A stretch of 64,000 nucleotides of DNA from Phaeosaccion multiseriatum (GCA_965112735.1 OZ218950.1:3224001-3288000), one strand, 5' to 3'; counted from the stretch's first letter, positions 26,062 to 38,206 are shown. Notes: generated by a model not told the origin, from the letters alone. Made by a program: numbers and translations.

Positions 26062-28841
26062 ATGGCCGAGCCATGCATCTCCCTGTCTCTGAAGCAGGGA
26101 TCCTCGCCGCTGCTCCTCCGTCTACTCCTGCTTCTCGGCATCGCTGGTTGCAAGGCCTGGGTGGTTCTCCACCCATCGAGGTGGCAGGGGAGCCGAGAGG
26201 GGGCCCCGGGCTGGTCAGAACGGAGAGGAGGGAGGGGAGGATTCTCAGAAGCAGTTGCATCGGTGACCACCTTGCCGACTCTTGCCCGACGAGGGGCAAG
26301 AGGCAGCACACAGAGCAGTGGCAGCCAAGTGAGTGGGGCTGTGAGTCGTGCCGCTGCGTCCGTCGGGTTCGGTGATAGGGACGATCTATCCGAGCTGTAC
26401 GCGCTCTTCAAAAGGGAGCTAGGGCTCAGCGAGGAAACTGTGAATTCGATTCTCGAGGGAAGGCCGGCAAGGGCAAGGACAAGCAGCAAAGACCAAGAAC
26501 AAGTTGCGGGCAGTGGCGTGAGGAGGGGTCGCAGCGATGACAACAAGGACAATAATGACGATGACGCTGATGATGAAGATGGCCAGCAGGGGCAGGGCGC
26601 GGTCGACGTGGCCGCGGTGCTGCGAGAGCTGCAGAGCACCGAGACGGGGCGAGTGCTTGAGGTCATAGCATGGCTACGGAGCGTCGTGGGGCTGTCAAAA
26701 TTCAACGTCGGGGCGCTAATCCTCACCCACCCGTTCGTGCTCGGCGTGAGAATACAAGAAAATGGAGAGGAGAAGCTGCATCGGCTGGAAAAGCAGCTGG
26801 GAACCAGGTCGGTCCAGGGAGAGAGGCACGTCAAGAAGAGAAACACAACTTGCCAAGAGCGGGAGGTAATTTGCTTCCTCTGACGCCCCCCATCCCCTCC
26901 CCTACTTGTCGACGCCGCCCTTTCTCCCCCGCCTCCCTCCCCTCCTGCCCTCTCAGACGTGCAGTGCTGTTGCGCCTGCTCATGCGCTTCCCCGCCCTCT
27001 TTTCCATGGAGCTGGACAACGACTTACTGCCCAAGATCCAGTGGATGTACAAGGAGCTCTCGCAGTGGTGGGCGAGGAACCTCATTATGCGATGGCCCCA
27101 AATCTTGAGTTACGCGGACGTACAACAGACCTTGGAACCCAAGCTGACCTACCTGGAGACCGAGTTCGGTCTCGTTCGGAAGGAGAGCGCGCGCATCGCC
27201 TCCCTGCACCCCCGCGAGCTTGTCTCTCGCAGCGTCGAGGAGCTGCTGCCTGCGCGAGAGTGGCTGCTGACCGAGTTGGTCATACAGCCTGCAGAGCTCA
27301 CCACGCTGCTGCTGGCCCACCCGCCCCTCCTTTTCGAGGACCTGCACGGGTCATTGGTCCCTAAGCTGGCGTGGGTGCGGGACAATCTCGAGTTCGATTC
27401 CTTACAGGAGGTGGGTGTGGACGGATGCGGCAAAGCTGCTTTGCCCGTGTTGCTCACACGTTGACTGTGCACGCTGACTCACCGTCGCTTCCTGTCTTCG
27501 CACGCTCGCTGCCCGGCCAATCCCTCCTCTCTTATAACCACACCTGTCCTTGTCTCTCTTGCCTCCTCCCCCCCCCTCCTCTCAGGTGGGGCGCTTCATC
27601 CTGAAGCAGCGGCGGCCCTCGTTGCTGAGCGATTCAGTGCAAGACATAACCGCGGAGCTCTCCTTTTACCGCGAGTGGATGGGGGCCTCTTCCCACCAGC
27701 TGCGCACCTCTCCACTTGTGCTGGGGGAGAGCCTGGCGGGGAAGCTCCGACCGAGAGCCGCTGCTCTGCTGCGAGTGGTCGCCACTCCCTATTTGTCTCC
27801 GTCGTCGTCCTCGTCGCCGTCCTTGTCGCCCGCTGCAACAGCGAGCTTGAGAGGAGCCCAAGGGGAGGCGTCCACGGAGGCGCCTGACGGACAGAATGAC
27901 GCCGCCCGTGCTGCTGCCGAGGAGACCGCTGAGGCTGACGCTGGAGGTCGTCACCTTCACCTCGTGTTTGATGACCATAAATCGCTAGTGGCAATGACGA
28001 ACGACGAATTTTTCGAAGACATGCTCGAGGAGTATGAGCGCAAGTGGTCCTACGAGGTGCTGAGGAGAGAACTGGACAGGGCTGCGCAGCAAGGCAGCCT
28101 AGGGCCGTCCCTGGCCATGTCCACTCCTTCTCCTCGTCCTCCTTCTCCACCACCACCACCACCGCCTCCGCGATTGAGCTATGTTGAGTACCTCCAGGTG
28201 TACGAGGGTATGACCGAAGAAGAGGCACGCACGGAGTATCGCAAGCATCCTAAACTGTGGCCGTACCTCGCGCGAGTCGACGAGAAAGCAGCGGTACCAG
28301 CACTCGCAGCAGCACCAACAGCAGTGCCTGTAACCAAGAAGAAGGAAGGAGGAAGGAAGAGCAAGAGGAAAGGCGAGGAACAGCTTGCTGGTGGTGACAG
28401 TGGTGGTGATGAGGATGCAGATTCTCGCGCCATTCGTGGGCTATTGCTGTCCGAGCTGGACATGGGTGACAAGGCTTTCGAGCAGTTGAGGAGCAGCTAC
28501 GCCCCGCTCCGCCGCCGCACAGGGACGGGCGGGCACTACGAGAGGACTTCCTGTCTCGACTTGGGCATGCTGCGCGACACAGTGGGAGAGCTGCTCGGCC
28601 TGCTCAGGGGCCGTCCTGGAGAGGGTTGGGGAGGAGGAGGAGGCGGGGACGGCGGAGAGGGCCTGGGCATGAGCAAGGAGGCAGTGCGGCGGCTCTTGGT
28701 AAAGTACCCGGAGCTGCTGGGTATGGAACCGGATATGGTTCGAGACCTTGTCGAATGGCTGGTGGCCGATGTGGGGATCGGGACGAGAGGAGGAGAGCAG
28801 GGCCGTGGGGAGAAGAAGGGAAGCAGTGGTGGGAGCAGCAC

Positions 28842-28882
<41 letters not shown>

Positions 28883-30091
28883 TTGCAAAGATTATTTGCG
28901 CGTATCCGCAGTTGCTGAGCTTCAATGTGCACACCAGCCTCTCCCCCAAGCTTAGTTTCTACACGGAGGTTCTGGGCCTCAGCGGAGCAGACGCGGCAAA
29001 GATGATCGGCCGACATCCGCGTCTTCTCAGCCACAGCATCTCCAAGGGCGTCGTGCCGAGACTGCGGTGGTTGGAACTAGAGTTTGGCTTCAGCCTTGGT
29101 CAGGTGCGCAAGATCGTCGTGAGCTACCCGCAGCTGTTCGGCCTTGACTTGGAGGGCAACCTGGCAGAGAAGGTGAGTGAAGGAGAGAGAGAGAGATCGT
29201 CGTGTAAAAACAAAACAAATGAGTATTATCTTGAAGTAAAGATTGGGTTGTTTCTCCAAACGTGCAAAGCATCGTTTGTCTTCCCCCCTCCCTCCTCCCC
29301 CATCTGGCCTCGCGATTAACCGCTTCTACCTGAAACCCTCTCTCTGATCTTTTGCTGCCAACTACACCCGAACCGAAAAGGTGCGGTGGATGAAAGAGGA
29401 CTTGGGCCTGTCTCAAGAGGAAGCGGGCAAGATGGTGAGGGCCCTCCCGCAAGTGCTGGGTCTCAGCGTGCAGGGCAACCTCGAGCCCAAGCTGCGGCAC
29501 CTCCAACGAGAGCTCGGCTTTGCGTCTAGCCAGGCTGTGGTGCGCGATTTCTTGCTGCGGCGGCCCTCCCTTTGGGGTATGTCGACGGCCAACCTGGACG
29601 AGAAGCTCCGCTTCTTTAGAGAAAAGATGGGGGCATCGAGTGCGCAGCTGCAGACTGCGGCAACGCTCATGAGTGCAAGCGTGGAGATGGTCCTCCGACC
29701 TCGAGCCGCCGCACTGGAGAGGAGTGGGTGCCTGGGGAACTCGTCGCTGTCCTTTGACAAGCACAAGAGCCTTGTGGCAGCGGGGACGGACGTTGCCTTC
29801 CACCAAAGGCTCCTCCGCATGATTGGCGCGAGAGAGGAGGCAGAGGGAGACGGGCAGCAGGGGGAGGAAAGGGCGTATGCCGATGCTGCTACAGAGGGCA
29901 GCCAGGCGGGGAGAGAAGGGCAGCAGCAGCAAGGCACGATTGCCTTTGCGGCCACTGCGTCTTGTCGGGGCCGCCTCGGATACTTGGAGTATCTGATGGA
30001 CTTCGAAGGCAGGAGCAGAGCGGACGCGGAGAGGGCCTACCGCATGCACCCCACGAGGTGGCCCTATATGGAGAGGGACCTTGACCGGTGA
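26062..30091 (+). CDS. Plastid-targeted mTERF-repeat protein with internally duplicated architecture
   Basis: Signal LLLRLLLLLGIAGCKA|W. Many mTERF repeats: RWPQILSY..QTLEPKLTYL; AYPQLLSFNVHTSLSPKLSFY; RHPRLLSHSISKGVVPRLRWL; SYPQLFGLDLEGNLAEK; ALPQVLGLSVQGNLEPKLRHL. Confidence 0.88.
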
Positions 30092-30338
30092 GAGAGGGGC
30101 GGAAAGAGAGACACACAGGCAGAGGGCAGGGGGCAGACAGGGGCGAAGCTTGTGGCTGGTTGCCCTGGAGACACGCCAAGCCAGGCCAAGCCCTTTAAAA
30201 CCCCTTGCTGAAGAGAGTAAGAACAGGAGGGGGGAGGGATTCCCCCCCCCCCCCCGACTATTTATATGCTATTAACTTCTATTATATTTTTTATGAATTG
30301 ATTGATTGCCTAACAAAGCGGTCCCCAAAGTGTTTGTC

Positions 30339-33300
30339 TCACATTCTGCCGTCTCCCTCGTAGTCGTCTTCCATGAGCTTACTGCTCAGCAGCTCCTGAA
30401 TCTGCGACGCGTTGGCGTCCTTAAATACCCGAATCTCCATGATCCGGGCCCGATTTCGAGCGTGCTCGGCCTTGATGCGTCCGTCCACGAGATCCACCAT
30501 GTCTGTGTGTATACAGATGGTAGGGGATGCACATGGACGCACAAAGCGAGGGGGGGTGGCAGAGCGCGGTACGGGTTGAGCTCTTGATGCGGGTAAGGTA
30601 CGCCACCACCACCACCCACCCCAACCATCCTCTCGCGAAAGCAAGCGAAACGCAGGTGAAAGAGTTCAATAGAGCCCTTGATGCCGCTGCTCCCTTCCCT
30701 TGTCGGACGGGTTCTTTCCTTTCCTTCCCTTTCCTTTCCTTTGCCTTCACTCACTTTTGGCCTCCTTGGCTCTCGCCTCGTCCTCCGCCGCGAGGAGCTT
30801 GCCCACGTGAATGTCGTGGCTGCCCACAACGCTGTTCATGCACGTGTCCCTGTCGATAATGAGACTCGCGAGCTCCTCCATCATATCGTCCGCGAGCTCG
30901 TTCTTCGCAGCCTTCTCGAGCATATCCTGTGAGTGGGAGCATCAGGGTCGGGGTCAGGGTCAGGGCCGGGGCCGGGGTCAGGGTCAGGGTCAGGGTCAGG
31001 ATCAGGAGCAGGGTCAGGGGTCAGGGTCAATCAAGGCCAAGCTGTCAGGATCAGGGCCAGGGCCACCGCACTTCGGTCATAAGCATTGAATTTTAGTCAC
31101 TCACACCCCACGACATCGCCGCACCTGCGCCATCTGCCCCACAGCGGCGAAGTAGCTCTCCTCGTGCTCCTCCACTGCACGAAAGAAGGTCTGTTGCAAC
31201 TCAAGAGAGCGGTTGCGCAGTTGCCCGAACTTGGTCTCGAACTCGCTAATCAGAGCCTCGTGTTGCTCCACCTGAGATGGGATGGCGGCAAGAAGAGGGG
31301 CAAACAAGGGAGGGTGGGGGGGTGAGGGGGTGACGAGGTGAGGTGTTAGCGAACGTCAGTGGAGAATCAACTGACACAACCACTTGTTTCAACAACTGGC
31401 CCATCATCAACTTGCTTGACCACAATGCTTGACAACAAACACTAACCGCACGCACCTGATACATCTCGAGGTCCAGCAGCGCGATCTTGAGCTTCTCAAG
31501 CTCCTCTTTGAGCCCGTCGAGGTCAGAAGGGTTGATGAGGTCCTCGGTCGAAGCCAGGGCGGCGAAGCTCCTCTTTTTGAGCCGGGTAAACACCTCAATC
31601 ATCTGAATGGCTCTCGAGGTGTAGCCCCTTCGCAGCTCCTCGACAGCCGCGTCCAGCAGGTGGATCTGCTCCTCCTTCTTCTTGGACACTTGGAGGCCTG
31701 CAGCCTTGAAGGTGTCTGCCGCGCCTGTTTGGGGCAAGAGAGAGGGGGAGAGAAAAGGAGAGAGAGAGAGAAGAGAGAGAGGAGAGGGAGAGAGAGAGAG
31801 AAAAAGAGGGGAGAGAGACAGAGAGAGAGGGAAAGACAGAGACAAGATAGAGAAAGAGACGGTGACACGAAACGTAACGGGCACCGTGAGTAATGAGGGG
31901 TGAGGCGGGATTCCCCAAGCAAGTGGGCCGCCTTCCTACTTACCCGCCACATGGTTCCTGAACTGCTCCACGATCTCCTCAATGCCCGGCAGGTACTTCA
32001 GTCGGGCCATCTCCGTGTCCGCTTCGAACATGTCACTGAAGAGCGTCTTGACTACGAGCAGGTTGGCGGAGCGAAGTTGCTCCATCTCCTTCTTGCTGGC
32101 CTGATCCCGCGCCTGATAAACAGTAACACAGTTGAGGCCATAGGGAAGGAGATAGAGAGAAAGAAAGGGAGAGAGGAGGGAGGGAGGGAAGGAGGGAGAA
32201 AAAAGTCCACACATTACACTCCCTTCACAGAGGCAAAGAGCCAAGACATGGGGGTGAGATACATCCGTGCTGCCGCTTCGCTGCTCACCTCCTTCTCCTC
32301 CTCAAGTGTCTCCTTCTCCTCCAGCTCCAGCAGCTCGTCCTGAAGGCAACAAAAGCACGCACCCACGCACGCACGCGTACATGCACGTCCGCAAGCAGAG
32401 GAGCGTGAGGCTGCAGTTTCTATGGCTTACCCTTGGCGCTCCCCCCCCCCCCTCCCCGCCCTATCGAATCACCCCCCTCTTGAGAAGGTAGGTCGCTTCG
32501 CTCCGTTACCTGGTAAGTCTCCCTCGCCTGCACGACCTCCTTGGGGTCTACCATGGAGTAGTCGTGAAACTTCACCACCTAGGATAGAGGGCCGGGAAAG
32601 ATAGGCCAATTGGCTCAGGTTAATTCAGACCAAGTGGATCGAGTGGGCGTGATTTGCGCTCGTTTGTTCACCTTGAGGTAGGCCAGCACGGCGAAGCGGT
32701 ACTCCGCCTCCTGGCACACCGGGTTACCCTGTGGAGTGACGTGAAGCATTTGGTTCCGTAGGGCAGACGAAGAGGGGTTAGGGATACACTACGTGTGCAG
32801 CACCGTAGGAAGCCGTAGAGGAATTACGTTGTACCTTGCCCTCGGCCTGTCCACCCTACCTCCAAGTTGACGCTCTTTAGTTTTGGGAATTGTCTGAGCT
32901 TGATGATTTTATCAAGGCTGGATATTTTGTTGTTTCCCAAGCTCAAGCACTGCAGCGCCTTGCAGTTCTCAAAGCCCTCGATCTCCGTGATTTGGTTGTT
33001 GAACAAGCTGAGGTCAGTAAGCTTGGTTAAAGAACCTGCATGGGCAGAGGATGGGAGAGACGGGAGTAAGCAAGTAGGAGAGATACAACAGCAGTAGAAG
33101 CAGGACTAAGCTGCTATTTAAGTCCACCCCCCCTTCCTTACCGAGACCCTCGATGACCATGATATTGTTGAAGCTGAGGTCGAGCCACGTGAGGTTCACC
33201 AAGTGGTCCAAGTTTGATATTCTCTCGATGACATTGTTGTCCAGGCATAATTTGGTTAGCTTGCCGAAGCCATGTAAATGGTCGACGCGAAGAATGTTCT

Positions 33301-33360
33301 TGTATGAGAGGGTGAGCGTGGTCGTCTCCGCAACCTTTTCCGACGTGAGTGAGTGAGAGG

Positions 33361-33422
<62 letters not shown>

Positions 33423-33653
33423 CGATACATAGGAAGGCGTAGCGTAAGGGGGGAAGGAAAGACCAAAGGATTTGGGCTCAGGACACTACTTCACTCTCTC
33501 AGTGCTATACACTGGACCACGTAGAGCTGCTCTTCCCCTCACCAATTGTGCCAGCTCGAAGGTGCCTCCGTTTGCCGCATCTCCCTCCGCCTCCGGCATT
33601 GCGGCTGCGATGAGGTCATCGTCTATCACCGCCGTGTCAATACCCAGCACCAT
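30339..33653 (-). CDS. DRC3: Dynein regulatory complex subunit 3 (LRRC48)
   Basis: LRRs [45 protein letters not shown]; [19 protein letters not shown]; LRR cap [18 protein letters not shown]; coiled-coil C-terminus ending [11 protein letters not shown], typical of DRC3. Confidence 0.9.
30941..31062. repeat. (TCAGGG)n-type hexamer tandem array inside a DRC3 intron
   Basis: Degenerate TCAGGG/CCGGGG/TCAGGA units occupy most of the intron. Confidence 0.85.
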
Positions 33654-33983
33654 CTTTGCTCACAACTCCTGCGCTTCTCTGCTTCTCCTTCTGTTCAGCC
33701 ACCTCGATCAGGGAGATTTATCAGCAGGAAGCGCGTAACGCACGGTATTTGGATTATTTGCGTAGGCTTGGGCCATTGACTTATTGAGAAGCCTCTCAGG
33801 CGAGCCTCCTTCATCGGCTGTCTGCCTGGCTGTGCACCTTGCCTTCCCTATCTGGTGTGTAGATCAGCTTGCCCCTCGCCCATACTCTCTCCCCCCCTCT
33901 CTTCATTCTGTTCTTCGTCATTCAGGCTCCAGCGTCTTCTCGTCAAACTAAGAAGACGATAGTTTGTGCCAACAAGGGAAGAG

Positions 33984-36696
33984 ATGGCTCCTCCAACCCG
34001 CTTGTGGCGCCCAGAGGATCTGAACCGGCTGAAGGAACTCGAGCTTACCAACCAGCATGCCTACATGATGGGCCTAAGGAGCAAGGTGCGTCTGCTGCTG
34101 ATACTCTGCATCCCGCAGAAGAGTGGCAGTTGGTGGTGGATAAACAACGAATGACTGACGAACGAAGTCTCCTCCGTAGGTGATGGGCTTTGAGAGGGAG
34201 AGGGAGCTGTACCTGTCTGCGCTTCGGGAGGGACTCCAGCTGGGGCTCGACTTTCACGTGCCAGGAGGAGGTGAAGAAGAGGCGGGGACCAGCATGGGCA
34301 ATGGGTTGAGAGGAGAGGGGCTTCGCCGCGCATTGGATCAAGACGACGAGGAAGATGGCTGGGCTGGCGAGGAAGAGAGCGACGAAGAAGACGAAGAGAA
34401 GGAGGGCACACGCAGAGGGGAGGTGAAGCAAGGCGGTAAGACTGAGGGAGACACAGGGTCGGCAGGGGCTCCGCGGCCACGACTGGGAAGAGCAGCAGCC
34501 AGTGCACATCAAGGGCAGGCGGCCGCGGAGGCTGCTAGTGCAGAAGCAGGGCTGTCGGAGGTGCTCCTGGAAGGCGTCAGACGCAACAAGATGAAACAGG
34601 TGCAGCAGTCCAGGATCGCTGCCCACGAAAAGTGAGTGACGCAAATGAGCGCTTGGCGAAAGGCCATGGTTTCTTCTGGTGAGAGGGGGGGAGGAGAGTT
34701 GTTTTGCCAGCTCAATAGCAGTGGTGTTGTGTGTGATCCAAATTACGTCAATCTCAGAAGCGGTGTGCACTTACACCTCCTCTCCCTCTCATGAACAACA
34801 AAACAACGCAACAACAACACAATAGAGCGGAAGCACTGTGGCGCCTGCACACGGAGAAGGCGCGACTGACCAACTCCCTCCTCGCCGCCCGCCTCAACAA
34901 CGCCGACCACGCCTACGAGCTGCACACGCTGCGCCTCCTCCGCATCCTGGACAGGGAGAGGATGGAGCAGCTGCTGGAGGCCACGGACCCTGTAGGCAGC
35001 GGGGAGGAGGGAGCAGCAGGGGGGGGGGCGCAGCAGAAGCAGCGGGGGCAGTGGCACGAGGGGGTAGAGGGAGGAGGCGGGGTAGGAGGAAGGAAGGGCC
35101 CCAGATTGGAGCGGGTGTCCCCACGGGTGATTCAGGATTTGGAGAAGGCATTGAAGGCGGCGCAGGAGCACGTGCTGCGGACGACGACCGAGACGAGAGC
35201 CCTGGTGTCCAGCAATCTTTCCGCCAAGACCACGGAGGACAAGGTAAGGAGATTGGGTGGGTGGGTTTGGGGGGGGGATAGATTTTGGTGGCTTAGAGAG
35301 AAGGGGGCACTGTCCTATAGATGCTCACGAATTCTTGATTGTTGCTCGCTCTTCCCCCCACTCGCAGGAGGTAATGTCTGAGGTGGCCGGCCTTCAAACG
35401 GAAGTGCACGCACTCCGAGACAAGGTGGGTCCCATTTCTATCTATTCCATGCGGCTGGTTGGCGTACACGAGGAAGGAATTAGTTGGTTAAGGGGGCTCG
35501 AAACGGGAGAACTGACCACATTGCTTTCGAGTATCAAGCAAAGTCTGGGGTCCAAAGTCGGTCCTTGCTTGCAGCCTGCCGCACCCTCACCCATAGAGTT
35601 CCTCCTCTGCTGCTTTGTTCCCACGGCCCGTGCGAACTCGACTCACGCAACGCGAATGACTCACGACGCAAAGGTGCATGATGCGGAGGATATGCTGTGC
35701 CAAACCGTGCTGGACATCCTCACGCTGAGGCACAACGCCTTCGTCGGGCAGCGCCAAATGTGGGAGGAGAAGGGCATCGTGGAGGACAAGCTCGCTGCCC
35801 TTGAACGGGAAGTCTCCAGGTGGGTGGACATACATAATAACACGTATACAATGTATGATGCATGTCATAAGGCATTGCCCTCCGAAAATGGCGAAGCTTA
35901 GGGAGAGAGGGAGAAGACAACCTCTTTCAATCAATAGTGTCTCACTACCTCCTCCTCCTCCTCCTCCTCCTCCTCCTTCATCATACCCCACTCCCGCAGC
36001 ACTAAAGCCAGGCTTGGCGTGGAGAAGGCGCAGATGGCATCCAAGGTATGAACGAGTTGCTCTATACTCTGGTCCTCGAAACGCGCCACAAGCGTGTGCC
36101 TGTAGCTGCATCGGCGGCGCAGAGAGGGTGTGGGGGGTTGCGAAGTGAAGGACGGACGGGGAGCGGAGCCGTCTTACGTGGTTTGTGGGCTCACAAACAC
36201 GAGAGGGGATAAGAGGGAGGAGACAAGTCTTCTGCTCACGCCGCCTCCCCTCCCCCTACTCCTCACTCCCTCCCTGCGGCAGATCGAGCACACAACGAAA
36301 GGCATGCTGACTGACCTGACCCGAAAGCTGGAGATGAAGACGGTGGCCATGTGCCTCTTGAAGGAGCAGCATGACCAAGCAGAGCGCCTCTTTAAAGAGC
36401 GGAGGGCCAAGCTCGGGCTCAAGCTGGAGCACTGGCGGACGAAGCACAGCAAACTGCGGCGCAGGTGCCGGCTGGAGGTGGAGGGATACAAGACTGCATT
36501 GGCTGAGCTGGCGAGGAGAGTGGAGGCGCGAAAGACCGACCCGCGCAAGGTGCACGTACGCTCTGGCCTCGTGGGCGGACCCCACGAGGGGGTGGGGCTA
36601 TGGGACGACACGAGCAGCGTCAGCGTTAGTTCTGCGGAGGAGGCAGAGGAAGGAGGAGGTCGAGGAGGCGTGGAGTTTCAGCTGCGCAAAGGGTGA
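33984..36696 (+). CDS. Coiled-coil protein, CCDC77-like (centriolar)
   Basis: Multi-exon coiled-coil protein. C-terminal KLRRRCRLEVEGYKTALAELARRV resembles the CCDC77 'RRR.LE.EGF..D' motif; also ILTLRHN. The start is uncertain. Confidence 0.55.
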
Positions 36697-36757
36697 AGAT
36701 TCTTCTCTCTTTGTTTTTTCCCGTTGAGATTTCCTCTCCTTACAGTATTATTGTAAT

Positions 36758-36830
36758 GATAGCGCGCCGGCTGGCGCCGGCGATACAACTGTACACTGTA
36801 GCGGATAGCGGACAGTTTATCAGGGGTTGA
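36758..36830. mobile_element. Truncated right end of a family-B TIR element
   Basis: GATAGCGCGCCGGCTGGCGCCGGCGATA...TAGCGGATAGCGGACAGTTTATCAGGGGTTGA matches the right end of 37205-37436 with mismatches; no left TIR is visible. Confidence 0.7.
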
Positions 36831-37204
36831 ATTACTATCATCGGCCCCGTGCACGCCTAGCGGCCTAGGCCTATTTTGGAAAATTGCCCGGCCTAGCGAG
36901 GGCCGTAGGCCCTCGGCCTATTTATAGGCCGCCTAGGCGGCGGCCTAGGCGGGGGCCGGAGGCCCGCGGCCTAGGGCAGACGCCAACTAGGCGCAGGTCC
37001 AGGGCGGGAATATGCTCATATGCCCCTGGGCTGGCCCGGGACCCGCCCAGTCGTCAGTTTTAAGCAAATGTATTGGGATAAGTGAGGAGTAGACTTGGTT
37101 CGTGTTGTCTCTTTCCGCCTCGCTGGCCCTACGAGGAGTGCAGGCCTACAGGTGTGCTGCTACCCACTGGCTGGGCGGCACCACGCACGCGCCCACGGTC
37201 ACTG

Positions 37205-37436
37205 TCGACCCCTGACACACTATCGCCCACATTCTCGATAGCGCGCTATCGGCCGCGGCCGATAGCGGATAGCGTGCCGGCTGGCGCCGGCCGATAGCGG
37301 ATAGCGCGCCGGCTGGCGGATAGCACGCCCCAACAACCCCCCCCCCCCCCCCAAAGCCGGCTGACGCTGCCGATAGCGGATAGCGCGCCGGCTGGCGCCG
37401 GCGATAGCGGATAGCGGATAGTGTGTCAGGGGTCGA
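37205..37436. mobile_element. Nested MITE family B, 232 bp
   Basis: Perfect 20-bp TIR TCGACCCCTGACACACTATC; TSD TCACTG (37199-37204, 37437-37442); internal GATAGCGGATAGCGCGCCGGCTGGCGCCGG repeats; absent from copy 1. Confidence 0.93.
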
Positions 37437-37443
37437 TCACTGG

Positions 37444-37662
37444 TCGGCCCTGGAAGAGGTTACAGTGTGCGCCGGTCATAATCAGTTATCAGGCCGGGCT
37501 GGTGCCAATAATCAGTAATCAGGCCGGCTAGCGCCCGTCATAATCAGTAATCAGACCCGGCTGGCGCCGGCCATAATCAGTAATCAGGCCCGGCTGGCGC
37601 CATAATCAGTAATCAGGCCGGCTGGCGCCGGCAGTAATCAGTAATCTGAAATTTAGGGACGA
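37444..37662. mobile_element. Nested MITE family C, 219 bp
   Basis: Short imperfect TIR TCGGCCCT...AGGGACGA; TSD CACTGG (37438-37443, 37663-37668); about 5 internal TAATCAGTAATCAGGCCGGCTGGCGCC units; absent from copy 1. Confidence 0.85.
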
Positions 37663-38206
37663 CACTGGGAGGCTGCCTAGAGGCGGGCTATAGGCCGCCT
37701 AGGGCTGAAAAGTGAGCGGCCTATTTCGGCCGGAGGCCGCCGGCCTAGGCCTATTTCGGCCGCCGGCCTAGGCCTATTTCGGCCGAAGGCCGAGCGGCCT
37801 AGCGGCCTATAGCCTAGGCCGCTAGGCGTGCACGGGGCCGACTATCATGTATGGGCCGCTCCTCACGCTCCGCTGAAGAAAGATTACTTTGCCGCTCCGC
37901 TCAATCAAGAAGATCCGAGGCTCCCAGATTCAACCGGTGGAACCCCAAAGTGGGCGATTCAGATCGATTCATTGACATGTGGCAATCTATCTTAGACGTT
38001 CATGCCGGTGTGGGGTCCTCTTTTTTACGCGGGACTTACTACCGGCAGGGCACCTCTTAGAATGGCGGTTGGAATGCCCTGCTGTGGGTAAGTAGAGAGG
38101 ATGTACACTTGGGAAGCGGGAGAAAGGGGGCACATACATTGCATTACAGCGTCTGCAAGAGCAGATCGAGAAGGAAGGCAAGATTACGGTAAATGCGTAG
38201 CAGGAC

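Larger units (their letters stand above)
36841..37841. mobile_element. MITE family A copy 2 (inverted relative to 12489-12941), carrying two nested insertions
   Basis: Perfect 30-bp TIR TCGGCCCCGTGCACGCCTAGCGGCCTAGGC; TSD CTATCA (36835-36840, 37842-37847); core sequence shared with copy 1. Confidence 0.95.

Noticed and set aside
37475-37650. Regularly spaced repeats resembling a CRISPR array
   Set aside because: There are no unique spacers and no cas genes, the context is eukaryotic, and the units are internal repeats of a TSD-flanked element.
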